Notes under the pieces: generated by a model
The model's input: the letters and a program-made list of their open reading frames with translations, nothing else
What the model was told of the DNA's origin: nothing
Database searches by the model: none
Part shown: positions 30,901 through 45,558 of the stretch, in pieces
Layout of the letters: every line of letters begins with the position of its first letter
Position numbering within the stretch: position 1 is the first letter of the stretch
Translations under genes and position numbers: made by a program
Assembly: GCA_964016885.1 (NCBI GenBank)
Contig: OZ024740.1
Location: forward strand, 28,520,001 to 28,584,000
DNA from: Eledone cirrhosa
Lineage: Eukaryota
Length of the DNA: 64,000 nucleotides
Direction: 5' to 3'

Positions 30901-33900
30901 ATGATTTTCCTGAGTGTATGTGATTTTCCTGAGTATATGTGATTTCCCTGAGTATATGTGATTTTCCTGAGTATATGTGATTTTCCTGAGTATATGTGAT
31001 TTCCCTGAGTATATGTGATTTTTCTGGCTATATGTGATTTTCCTGAGTATACGTGATTTTCCTGCGTATATGTGATTTCCCTGAGTATATATGATTTAAC
31101 TGAGTATATTTGATTTTCATGAGTATATGTGATTTCTTTGAGTATATGTGATTTCCCTGAGTATATGTGATTTTCCTGAGTATATATGATTTTCCTGAGT
31201 ATATGTGATTTTCCTGAGTATATGTGATTTCCCTGAATATATGTGATTTTCCAGAGTATATGTGATTTTTCTGTGTATATATGATTTTCCTGAGTATATG
31301 TGATTTTCCTGAGTATATGTGATTTCCCTGAGTATATGTCATTTTCCTCACTATATGTGATTTTCCTGAGTATATGTGATTTCCCTGACTATATGTGATT
31401 TTCCTGAGTATATGTGATTTCCCTGACTATACGTGATTTCAATGACTATATGTGATTTTCCTAACTATATGTGATTTTCCTGACTATATGGGATTTCCCT
31501 GACTACATGTGATTTTCCTGAATATATGTGATTTTCTTGACAATATGTGATTTTCCTGAGTATATGTGATTTTCCTAAATATATGTGATTTCCCTGAATA
31601 TATGTAATTTTCCTGAGTATATGTGATTTTCCTGGCTATATGTGATTTTCCTGAGTATATGTGATTCCCCTGCGTATATGTGATTTTCCTGAGTATATGT
31701 GATTTTCCTGAGAATATGTGATTTCCCTGAGTACATGTGATTTTCCTGAGTATATATGATTTAACTGAGTATATGTGATTTTTCTGAGTATACGTGATTT
31801 TCCTGACTATATGTGATTTTCTTGAGTATATGTGATTTCCCTGAGTATATGTGATTTTCCTGACGATTTGTGATTTTCCTGATTGTATGTGATTTTCCTG
31901 ACTATATGTGATTTTCCTGAGTATATGTGATTTTCCTGAGTATATGAAATTTCCCTGAGTATATGTGATTTTCCTGAGTATATGTGATTTCCCTGACTAT
32001 ATGTGATTTCCCTGAGTATATGTGATTTTCCTTAGTATATGTGATTTTCCTGAGTATATGTGATCTTCCTGAGTATATGTGATTTTCCTGAGTATATGTG
32101 ATTTCCCTGACTATATGTGATTTTCCTGACTATATGTGATCTTCCTGAGTATATGTGATTTTCCTGAGTATATGCGATTTCCCTGAGTATATGTGATTTT
32201 CCTGAGTATATGTGATTTTCCTGAGTATATGTGATTTTCATGACTATATGTGATTTTCCTGAGTATATGTGATTTTCATGACTATGTGATTTTCCTGACA
32301 ATATGTGATTTTCCTGAGTATATGTGATTGTCCTGAGTATATGTGATTTTCCTGAGTATATGTGATTTTCCTGACTATATGTGATTTTCTTGAGTATATG
32401 TGATTTTCCTGAGTATATGTGATTTTCCTGGCTATATGTGATTTTCCTGAGTATATGTGATGTCCCTGCGTATATCTGATTTTCCTGAGTATATGTGATT
32501 TTCCTGAGTATATGTGATTTCCCTGAGTACATGTGGTTTTCCTGAGTATATATGATTTAACTGAGTATATGTGATTTTCCTGAGTATACGTGATTTTCCT
32601 GACTATATGTGATTTTCTTGAGTATATGTGATTTTCCTGAGTATATGTGATTTTACTGAGTATATGTGATTTCCCCGAGTATATGTGATTTTCCTGAGTA
32701 TATGTGATTTTCCTGGCTATATGAGATTTTCCTGAGTATATGTGATTTCCCTGCGTATATCTGATTTTCCTGAGTATATGTGATTTTCCTGAGTATATGT
32801 GATTTCCCTGAGTACATGTGATTTTCCTGAGTATATATGATTTAACTGAGTATATGTGATTTTCCTGAGTATACGTGATTTTCCTGACTATATGTGATTT
32901 TCTTGAGTATATGTGATTTTCCTGAGTATATGTGATTTTACTGAGTATATGTGATTTCCTGAGTATATGTGATTTTCCTGACTATTTGTGATTTTCCTGA
33001 CTGTATGTGATTTTTCTGACTATATGTGATTTTCCTGAGTATATGTGATTTTCCTGACTATATGTGATTTTCCTGAGTATATGTGATTTTCCTGAGTATA
33101 TGTGATTTTCCTGAGAATATGTGATTTTCCTGACTATATGTGATTTTCTTGAGTTTATGTGATTTTCCTGAGTATATGTGATTTACCTGAGTATATGTGA
33201 TTTTCCTGACTATGTGATTTTCCTGACTGTATGTGATTTTCTTGACTATATGTGATTTTCCTGAGTATATGTGATTTTCCGGACTATATGTGATTTTCCT
33301 GAGTATATAAAATTTTCCTGAGTATATGTCATTTTCCTGAGTATATGTCATTTTCCTGAGTATATGTGATTTCCCTGCGTATATCTGATTTTCCTGAGTA
33401 TATGTGATTTTCCTGAGTATATGTGATTTCCCTGAGTACATGTGATTTTCCTGAGTATATATGATTTAACTGAGTATATGTGATTTTCCTGAGTATACGT
33501 GATTTTCCTGACTATATGTGATTTTCTTGAGTATATGTGATTTTCCTGAGTATATGTGATTTTACTGAGTATATGTGATTTCCCTGAGTATATGTGATTT
33601 TCCTGAGTATATGTGATTTTCCTGGCTATATGTGATTTTCCTGAGTATATGTGATTTCCCTGCGTATATCTGATTTTCCTGAGTATATGTGATTTTCCTG
33701 AGTATATGTGATTTCCCTGAGTACATGTGATTTTCCTGAGTATATATGATTTAACTGAGTATATGTGATTTTCCTGAGTATACGTGATTTTCCTGACTAT
33801 ATGTGATTTTCTTGAGTATATGTGATTTTCCTGAGTATATGTGATTTTACTGAGTATATGTGATTTCCCTGAGTATATGTGATTTTCCTGACTATTTGTG

Positions 33901-34515
33901 ATTTTCCTGACTGTAGGTGATTTTCCTGACTATATGTGATTTTCCTGAGTATATGTGATTTTCCTGACTATATGTGATTTTCCTGAGTATATGTGATTTT
34001 CCTGAGTATATGTGATTTTCCTGAGAATATGTGATTTTCCTGACTATATGTGATTTTCTTGAGTTTATGTGATTTTCCTGAGTATATGTGATTTCCCTGA
34101 GTATATGTGATTTTCCTGACTATGTGATTTTCCTGACTGTATGTGATTTTCTTGACTATATGTGATTTTCCTGAGTATATGTGATTTTCCGGACTATATG
34201 TGATTTTCCTGAGTACATAAAATTTCCCTGAGTATATGTGATTTTCCTGAGTATATGTCATTTTCCTGACTATATGTGATTTTCCTGAGTATATGTGATC
34301 TTCCTGAGTATATGTGATTTTCCTGAGTATATGTGATTTTCCTGACTATATGTGATTTTCCTGAGTATATGTGATCTTCCTGAGTATATGTGATTTTCCT
34401 GAGTATATGTGATTTCCCTGAGTATATGTGATTTTCCTGAGTATATGTGATTTTCCTGAGTATATGTGATTTTCCTGACTACATGTGATTTTCCTGACAA
34501 TATGTGATTTTCCTG

Positions 34516-37500
34516 CCAATACCATATTTCCACACCAATACCATATACCACTCCACTGTCATATACCACACCACTCACATATACCACACCACTACCATAT
34601 ACCACACCACTACCATATACCACACCACTACCATATACCACACCACTACCATATACCACAACACTGCCATATACCACATCACTACCATATACCACACCAC
34701 TTCCATATACCACACCACTACCATATACAACACCACTGTCATATACCACAACACTACCATATACCACACCACAGTCATATAACAAACCACTATCATATAC
34801 CACACCACTAACATATACCACACCACTGTCATATACCACACCAGTACCATATACCAGACGCCTACCATATGCCACGCCAGTGTCATATACCACACCAGTA
34901 CCATATACACCACCACTACCATATACCACACCACTGTCATATACCACACAACTAACATGTACCACACCAATACCGTATACCACACCACATACCACACCGC
35001 TGTCATATACCCCACGACTACCATATACCACACCACTATCGTATACCACACCACTACCATATACCACACCATTGTCATATACCACACCACTACCATCTAC
35101 CACACCACTGTCATATACCACACCACTACCATATACCACACCACTACCATATACGATACCACTGTCATATACCACACCACTGTCATATACCACATCACTG
35201 TCATATACTACATCACTACCATATACCACACCACTGTCATATACCACACCACTGTCATATTCCGCTCCACTGTCATATACCACATCACTGTCATATACCA
35301 CACCATTTTCATATACCACACCATTGTCATATACCACAACACTGTCATATACCACACCACTACCATATACCATACCATTACCATATACCACACCACTGTC
35401 ATATAACACACCACTACCATATATCAAACCACTGTCATATAAAACAGCACTGTCATATACCACACTATTACCATATACCACACCACTGTCATATACCACA
35501 GAACTACCATATATCAAACCACTCTCATATAAAACAGCACTGTCATATATCACACTAGTGTCATATACCACACCACTGCCATATACCACACCACTACCAT
35601 AGACGACACCACTACCATATACCACACCACTACCATATACCAAACCACTGTCATATACCACAGCATTACCATGTACCACACAACTGTCATATACCACACC
35701 GCTGTCATATACCACACCATTGTGATAAACCACGCCACAACCATATACCACACCACTGTCATATACCACACCACTACCATATACCACACCACTGTCATAT
35801 ACCACACCACTCACATATACCACACCACTCACATATACCACACCACTACCATATACCACACCACCACCATATACCACACCATTGTCATATACCACAACAC
35901 TACCATATATCAAGCCACTGTCATATACCACACCACTACGATATACCACACCACTACCATATACCACACCCCTACCATATACCACACCACTGTCATATAC
36001 CACACCACTACCATATACCACACCACTACCATATACAACACCACTACAATATACCACACCACTGTCATATACCATACCACTACAATATACCACACCACTA
36101 CCATATACCACACCAGTACCATATACCACACCATTGTCATATACCACACCACTTCCATATACCACACCACTTCGATATACCACAACACTACCATATACCA
36201 CACCACAGTCATATACCACACCAATACCATATACCACACCACTGGCATATACCACACCACTAACATATACCACACCACTAACATATACCACACCACTACC
36301 AATGCCACACCACTACCATATACCACACCACTACCATATACCTCACCAATACCAAATACCACACTACTAGCATATACCACACCACTACTCTATACGACAC
36401 CACTGTCATATACCACACTACCGTCATATACCACACCACTACCATATGCCACACCACTATCATATACCACACCACTACCATATACCACACCACTACCATA
36501 TACCACACCACTGTCATATACCACAGCATTACCATGTACCTGACAACTGTCATATACCACACCGCTGTCATATACCACACCACTGTGATAAACCACACCA
36601 CTACCATATACCACACCACTGTCATATACCACACCACTACCAGATACCACACCATTGTCATATACCACCCCACTCACATATACCACACCACTCACATATA
36701 CCACACCACTACCATATTCCACACCACTGTCATATACCACACCACTACCATATATCAAGCCACTCTCATATACCACACCACTACCATATACCACACCACT
36801 ACCATATACCACACCACTTCCATATACAACACCACTACCATATACCACACCACTGTCATATACCACACCACTGTCATATACCACAACACTACAATATAAC
36901 AAACCACAGTCATATAACACACCACTACCATATACCACAACACTGCCATATACCACACCACTGTCATATACCACACCACTAACATATACCACAACACTAC
37001 CATATACCACACCACTACCATATACCAAACCACTACCATATACCAAACCACTAACATATACCACACCACTACCATATACCACACCACTACCATATACCAC
37101 ACCACACTCATATAACACACCACTACCATATACCACACCACTGCCATATACCACACCACTAACATATACCAAACCACTACCATATACCACACCACTACCA
37201 TATACCACACAACTGTCATATACCACACCACTACCATATACCACACCACTACCATATACCACACCACTACCATATACCACACCAGTGTCATATACCACAC
37301 CAGTACCATATACACCACCACTACCATATACCACATCACTGTCATATACCGCACCACAGTCATATACCACACCACTGTCATATAGCACACCACAGTCATA
37401 TACCACACGTCTACCATATACCACAATACCACCATATACCACACCACTACCATATAGCACACCACTACCATATACCACACCAATACCAAATACCACACTA

Positions 37501-40500
37501 CTAGCATATACCACACCACTGTCATATACCACACCACTGTCATATAGCACACCACAGTCATATACCACACCACTACCATATACCACACCACTACCATATA
37601 CCACACCACTACCATATAACACACCACTATAATATACCACACCACTACCATATACCACACCACTGTGATATACCACAGCATTACCATATACCAAGCTACT
37701 GTCATATAACACACCACTACCATATACCACACCACTACCATATACCACACCACTACCATATACCACACCACAGTCATATAACAAACCACTATCATATACC
37801 ACACCACTACCATATACCACACCACTGCCATATACCACACCGCTACCATATACCACACCACTACCATATAACACACCACTACCATATACCACACCACTAC
37901 CATATACCACACCAGTGGCATATACCACACCACAGTCATATACCACACCATTGTCATATACCACACCACTGTCATATAACACACCACAGTCATATACCAC
38001 ACCACTGTCATATAACACACCACAGTCATATACCACACCACGACCATATACCATGCCACTACCATTAACCACACAACTGTCATATACCACACCATTACCA
38101 TATACCACACCACTGTCATATACAACACCACTACCATATACCACACTACCACCATATACCACACCACTACCATATACCAAACCGTTGTCATATACCACAT
38201 TACTGTCATATACCGCACCACTACCATATACCACACCACTGTCATATACCACACCACTACCATATACCACAATACTGTCACATACCACACCACTCACATA
38301 TACCTAGACCACTACCATATACCACACCACTGTCATATACCACACCACTACCAATGCCACACCACTACCATATACCACACCACTTCCATATACCACACCA
38401 CTACCATATACCACACCACTGTCATATACCACACCACTGTCATATACCACAACACTACCATATACCACACCACAGTCATATAACAAACCACTATCATATA
38501 CCACACCACTACCACATACCCCACCACTGCCATATACCACACCAGTACCATATACCACACCACTGTCATATACCACACCAGTACCATATACCACACCACT
38601 ACCATATACCACACCAGTACCATATACCACACCAGTGTCATATACCACACCAGTACCATATACACCACCACTACCATATACCACACCACTGTCATATACC
38701 ACACAACTAACATATACCACACCAATACCACATACCACACCGCTGTCATATACCCCACGACTACCATATACCCCAGCACTACCATATCCCACACCACTAT
38801 CGTATACCACACCATTGTCATATACCACACCACTACCATCTACCACACCACTGTCATATACCACACCATTACCATATACCACACCACTGTCATATACGGC
38901 ACCACTACCATATACCACACTACCACCATATAACATACCACTACCATATACCACACCGCTGTCATATACCACACTACTGTCATATACCGCACCACTACCA
39001 TATACCACACGACTGTCATATACCACACCACTGTCATATACCACACCACTGTCATATACCGCACCACAGTCATATACCACACCATTGTCATATACCACAC
39101 CACTGTCATATACTACACCACTACCATATACCATACCACTACCATTAACCACACAACTGTCATATACCACACCATTACCGTATACCACACCACTGTCATA
39201 TACCACACCACTACCATATACCACACCACTACCATATACCATACCACTGTCATATACCACACTAGTGTCATATACCACACCACTGCCATATACCACACCA
39301 CTACCATATACCACACCACTACCATATACCACCCCACTTCCATATACCACTGTCATATACCACACCATTACCATGTACAACACGACTGTTATATACCAAA
39401 CCGCTGTCATATACCACACCACTGTCATATACCACACCACTGTCATATACAGCAACACTACCATATACCACACCACTGACATATACCACATCACTAACAT
39501 ATACCACACCACTATCATATACCACAACACTGTCATATACCACACCACTACCATATACCACACCAGTACCATATACACCACCACTACCATATACCACACC
39601 AATGTCATATACCACACAACTATCATATACCACACCACTACCGTATACCACACCACATACCACACCGCTGTCATATACCCCACCACTACCATATACCCAA
39701 CCACTACCATATACCACACAACTGTCATATACCACACCATTACCATATACCACACCACTGTCATATACTACACCACTACCATATACCACACCACTACCAT
39801 TCATCAAACCACTACCATATACCACACCACTGTCATATAGCACGCCACAGTCATATACCACATCACTGACATATACTACACCACTACCATATACCATACC
39901 ACTACCATTAACCACACAACTGTCATATACCACACCACTACCATATATCAAACCACTGTCATATAAAACAGCACTGTCATATACCACACTAGTGTCATAT
40001 ACCACAACACTACCATGTACCACACCACCACCATAGACCGCACCACTACGATATACCACACCATTACCATGGACCACACAACTGTCATATACCACACCGC
40101 TGTCATATACCACACCACTATCATATACCAAACCACTGTCATATACCGCATCACTACCATATACCACACCACTGTCATATACCACACCACTGTCATATAC
40201 CACACCGCTACCATATACCACACCACTGTCATATACCACACCATTACCATATACCACACCACTACCAGATACCACACCATTGTCATATACCACCCCACTC
40301 ACATATACCACACCACTCACATATACCACACCACTACCATATTCCACACCACTGTCATATACCACACCACTACCATATATCAAGCCACTCTCATATACCA
40401 CACCACTACCATATACCACACCACTACCATATACCACACCACTTCCATATACAACACCACTACCATATACCACACCACTGTCATATACCACACCACTGTC

Positions 40501-42230
40501 ATATACCACAACACTACCATATACCACACCACTGTCATATACCACACCATTACCATATACCACACCACTACCATATACCACACCACTGTCATATACCACA
40601 CCACTCACATATACCACACCACTACCATATACCACACCACTACCATATACCACACCGCTACCATATACCACACCAGTACCATATACCACACCACTGTCAT
40701 ATACCACACCACTTCCATATAGCACACCAGTGTCATATACCACACCAGTACCATATACACCACCACTACCATATACCACACCACTATCATATACCATACC
40801 GCTACCATATACCACATCACTACCATATACCACACCAGTACCATATACCACACCACTGTCATATACCACACCACTTCCATATAGCACACCAGTGTCATAT
40901 ACCACACCAGTACCATATACACCACCACTACCATATACCACACCACTATCATATACCACACCATTGTCATATACCACAACACTACCATATACCACAACAC
41001 AGTCATATACCAAACCCCTGTCATATACCACACCACTACCATATGCCACACCAATCCCATATACCACACCACTAACATACACCACACCACTACCATATAC
41101 CACACCAGTGTCATATACCACACCACTACCATATACCACACCAGTGTCATATACCACACCAGTACCATATACACCACCACTACCATATACCACACCACTA
41201 TCATATACCACACCACTACCATATACCACATCACTACCATATACCACATCACTGTCATATACCACACCACATACCACACCACTGTCATATACCACACCAC
41301 TACCATATACCACACCACTACCATATACCACACTACTGTCATATACCACACCACTGTCATATAGCACACCACAGTCATATACCACACCACAGTCATATAC
41401 CACACCACTGTCATATACCACACCACTGTCATATACTACACCACTGTAATATACCACACCACTACCATATACAACACCACAGTCATATACCACACCACTG
41501 TCATATACCACACCACTGTCATATACCACACCACTGTCATATACCACACCACTACTATATACCACACCACTACCATATACCACACCACTGTCATATATCA
41601 AACCACTGTCATATAAAACAGCACTGTCATATACCACACTGGTGTCATATACCACACCACTACCATATACCACACTACTTTCATATACCACACCACTACA
41701 ATATACCACACCACTATCATATACCACACCACTGTCATATACTATACCACTAGCATATACCACATCACTGTCAAATACCACACCACTACCTTATACCACA
41801 CCACTGTCATATACCTTACCACTGTCATATACCACACCACTACCATATACCACACCACTGTCATATACCACACCACTTTCAAATACCACACCACTGTCAT
41901 ATACCACACCAGTACCATATACCACAACACTAGCCTATAACTTGCCTCTGTCATATACCACTCTACTACCATATACCACACCACTGTCATATACCACACC
42001 ATATATCACACCACTGTCATATACCATACCACTCTCATATACCACACCTCTACCATATACCACACCAAAGCCATATACCACACCACTGTTATATACCACA
42101 CCAGTACCATATACCCCACCACTACTATATACCACACCACTGTCATATACCACAACACTACCATATACCACAACACTACCATATACCACACCACTGTCAT
42201 ATACCACAACACTACCATATACCACACCAC
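34516..42230 (+). repeat. 18-bp tandem satellite with two main monomers, CCACTACCATATACCACA and CCACTGTCATATACCACA (about 430 monomers)
   Basis: 18-nt periodicity, C/A-rich plus strand and G/T-rich minus strand. More diverged than its neighbours, with scattered indel monomers and internal block duplications. Confidence 0.98.
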
Positions 42231-42305
42231 ATATATAAGACAGCTGTTAACACAGTAGACACATATATATGTGTCTACTGTGTTAACAGCTGTGTTATAT
42301 ATGTG
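42228..42305. repeat. 78-bp near-perfect palindrome (39-bp arms, no spacer) at the start of the 32-bp array
   Basis: CACATATATAAGACAGCTGTTAACACAGTAGACACATAT|ATATGTGTCTACTGTGTTAACAGCTGTGTTATATATGTG; centre 42266/42267; one mismatched pair. Confidence 0.95.
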
Positions 42306-45300
42306 TCTACTGTGTCAACAGCTGTGTTATATATGTGTCTACTGTGTTAACAGCTGTCTTATATATGTGTCTACTGTGTTAACAGCTGTTTTATATATGT
42401 GTCTACTGTGTTAACAGCTGAGTTATATATGTGTCTACTGTGTTAACAGCTGTCTAAAATATGTGTCTACTGTGTTAACAGCTCTCTTATATATGTGTCT
42501 ACTGTGTTAACAGCTGGGTTATATGTGTCTTCTGTGTTAACAGCTGTCTTATATATGTGTCTTCTGTGTTAACAGATGTCTTACATATGTTTCTACTGTG
42601 TCAACAGATGTCTTATATATGCGTCTACTGTGTTAACAGCTGTCTTATATATGTGTCTACAGTGTTAACAGCTGTGTTATATATGTGTCTACTGTGTCAA
42701 CAGCTCTGTTATATATGTGTCTACTGTGTCAATAGCTGTGTTATATATGTGTCTACTGTGTTAACAGCTGTCTTATATATGTGTCTACTGTGTCAACAGC
42801 TGTGTTATATATGTGTCTACTGTGTCAACAGCTGTCTTATATATGTGTCTACTGTGTCAACAGCTGTGTTATATATGTGTCTACTGTGTCAACAGCTGTC
42901 TTATATATGTGTCTACTGTGTTAACAGCTGTCTTATATATGTGTCTACTGTGTTAACAGCTGTCTTATATATGTGTCTACTGTGTTAACAGCTGTGTTAT
43001 ATATGTTTCTACTGTGTTAACAGCTGTCTTATATATGTGTCTACAATGTTAACAGCTGTGTTATATATGTGTCTACTGTGTCAACAGCTCTGTTATATAT
43101 GTGTCTACTGTGTTAACAGCTGTCTTATATATGTGTCTACTGTGTTAACAGCTGTCTTATATATGTGTCTACTGTGTTAACAGCTGTCTTATATATGTGT
43201 CTACTGTGTTAACAGCTGTCTTATATATGTTTCTACTGTGTTAACAGCTGTCTTATATATGTGTCTACTGTGTCAACAGCTGTCTTAAATATGTGTCTAC
43301 TGTGTTAACAGCTGTCTTATATATGTGTCTACTGTGTCAACAGCTGTCTTAAATATGTGTCTACTGTGTTAACAGCTGTGTTATATATGTGTCTACTGTG
43401 TTAACAGCTGTCATATATATGTGTCTACTGTGTTAACAGCTGTCTTATATATGTGTCTACTGTGTTAACAGCTGTCTTATATATGTGTCTACTGTGTGTG
43501 TTAACAGCTGTCTTATATATGCGTCTACTGTGTTAACAGCTGTGTTATATATGTTTCTACTGTGTTAACAGCTGTCTTATATATGTGTCTACTGTGTTAA
43601 CAGCTGTCTTATATATGTGTCTACTGTGTTAACAGCTGTGTTATATATGTGTGTACTGTGTCAACAGCTGTGTTATACATGTGTCTACTGTGTTAACAGC
43701 TGTCTTATATATGTGTCTACTGTGTCAACAGCTGTGTTATATATGTGTCTACTGTGTTAACAACTGTCTTAAATATGTGTCTACTGTGTTAACAGCTCTC
43801 TTATATATGTGTCTACTGTGTTAACAGCTGTCTTATATATGTGTCTACTGTGTTAACAGCTGGGTTATATGTGTCTTCTGTGTTAACAGCTGTCTTATAT
43901 ATGTGTCTACTGTGCTAACAGCTGTCTTATATATGTGTCTACTGTGTTAACAGCTGTCTTATATATGTGTCTACAGTGTCAACAGCTGTGTTATATGTGT
44001 GTCTACTGTGTTAACAGCTGTCTTATATATGTGTCTACTGTGTTAACAGCTGTGTTATATATGTGTCTACTGTGTCAACAGCTGTCTTATATATGTGTCT
44101 ACTGTGTCAACAGCTGTGTTATATATGTGTCTACTCTGTTAACAGCTGTCTTATATATGTGTCTACTGTGTTAACAGCTGTCTTATATATGTGTCTACTG
44201 TGTCAACAGCTGTCTTATATATGTGTCTACTGTGTTAACAGCTGTCTTATATATATGCGTCTACTGTGTTAACTGCTGTGTTATATATGTGTCTACTGTG
44301 TTAACAGCTGTCTTATATATGCGTCTACTGTGTTAACTGCTGTCTTATATATGTGTCTACTGTGTTAACAGCTGTCTTATACATGTGTCTACTGTGTCAA
44401 CAGCTGTGTTATATATGTGTCTACTGTGTTAACAGCTGTCTTATATATGTGTCTACTGTGTCAACAGCTGTCTTATATATGTGTCTACTGTGTCAACAGC
44501 TGTCTTATATATATGCGTACTGTGTTAACATCTGTCTTATATATGCGTCTACTGTGTTAACTGCTGTGTTATATATGTGTCCACTGTGTTAACAGCTGTC
44601 TTATATATGTGTCTACTGTGTCAACAGCTGTCTTATATATGTGTCTACTGTGTTAACAGCTGTCTTATATATATGCGTCTACTGTGTTAACTGCTGTGTT
44701 ATATATGTGTCTACTGTGTTAACAGCTGTCTTATATATGCGTCTACTGTGTTAACTGCTGTGTTATATATGTGTCTACTGTGTTAACAGCTGTCTTATAT
44801 ATGTGTCTACTGTGTTAACTGCTGTGTTATATATGTGTCTACTGTGTTAACAGCTGTCTTATATATGTGTCTACTGTGTTAACAGCTGTCTTATACATGT
44901 GTCTACTGTGTCAACAGCTGTGTTATATATGTGTCTACTGTGTTAACAGCTGTCTTATATATGTGTCTACTGTGTCAACAGCTGGCTTATATATGTGTCT
45001 ACTGTGTTAACAGCTGTCTTATATATATGCGTACTGTGTTAACATCTGTCTTATATATGCGTCTACTGTGTTAACAGCTGTCTTATATATGCGTCTATTG
45101 TGTTAACAGCTGTCTTATATATGCGTCTACTGTGTTAACTGCTGTGTTATATATGCGTCTACTGTGTTAACAGCTGTCTTATATATGTGTCTACTGTGTC
45201 AACAGCTGTCTTATATATGTGTCTACTGTGTTAACAGTTGTCTTATACATGTGTCTACTGTGTTAACAGCTGTCTTATATATGCGTCTACTGTGTCAACA

Positions 45301-45554
45301 GCTGTCTTATATATGTGTCTACTGTGTTAACAGCTGTCTTATATATGCGTCTACTGTGTTAACTGCTGTGTTATATATGTGTCTCTACTCTGTTAACAGC
45401 TGGCTTATATATGTGTCTACTGTGTTAACAGCTGTCTTACATATGTGTCTACTGTGTTAACAGCTGTCTTAAATATGTGTCTACTGTGTTAACAGCTGTC
45501 TTATATATGTGTCTACTGTGTCAACAGCTGTCTTATATATGTGTCTACTGTGTT
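42267..45554 (+). repeat. 32-bp satellite, block A (TTATATATGTGTCTACTGTGTTAACAGCTGTC)
   Basis: 32-nt periodicity; main variants TTAAC/TCAAC, CTGTC/CTGTG and ATGTGT/ATGCGT. Confidence 0.98.
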
Positions 45555-45558
45555 AACA
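45460..45558 (+). repeat. Left copy of a 99-bp direct duplication flanking the inverted block
   Basis: Identical to 49480-49578, including the rare CTTAAAT variant and the TTAAC-TCAAC-TTAAC order. Confidence 0.8.

Larger units (their letters stand above)
1..34515 (+). repeat. 19-bp tandem satellite, consensus GAGTATATGTGATTTTCCT (about 1800 monomers; continues beyond the left edge)
   Basis: Unbroken 19-nt periodicity with recurrent variants (GAC/GAG, TTTCCC, GATCTT, TAGGCG, TTTAAC) and occasional 17-18 bp deletion monomers. Ends abruptly at ...tgattttcctg|ccaatacc (34515/34516). Confidence 0.99.

Noticed and set aside
1308-34261. Many minus-strand ORFs of the type RKITYTQENHIYSGKSHIL
   Set aside because: They are translations of the 19-bp repeat (3 monomers = 19 aa). 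Starts and stops follow monomer variants and there is no domain.
34516-42230. Telomeric repeat (CCACACCAC resembles yeast C1-3A)
   Set aside because: The array is internal, the monomers are diverged and dimorphic with a TATA core, and there is no TTAGGG-type unit. The resemblance is likely compositional.
34270-42238. Long GSGVVY, YTTPLP and VVWYM ORFs up to 820 aa, resembling mucins or beta-solenoid proteins
   Set aside because: They overlap on both strands and in several frames because the 18-bp unit is divisible by 3. Indels break frames at random, there are no unique termini, and the 34270-36291 ORF simply crosses a satellite junction.
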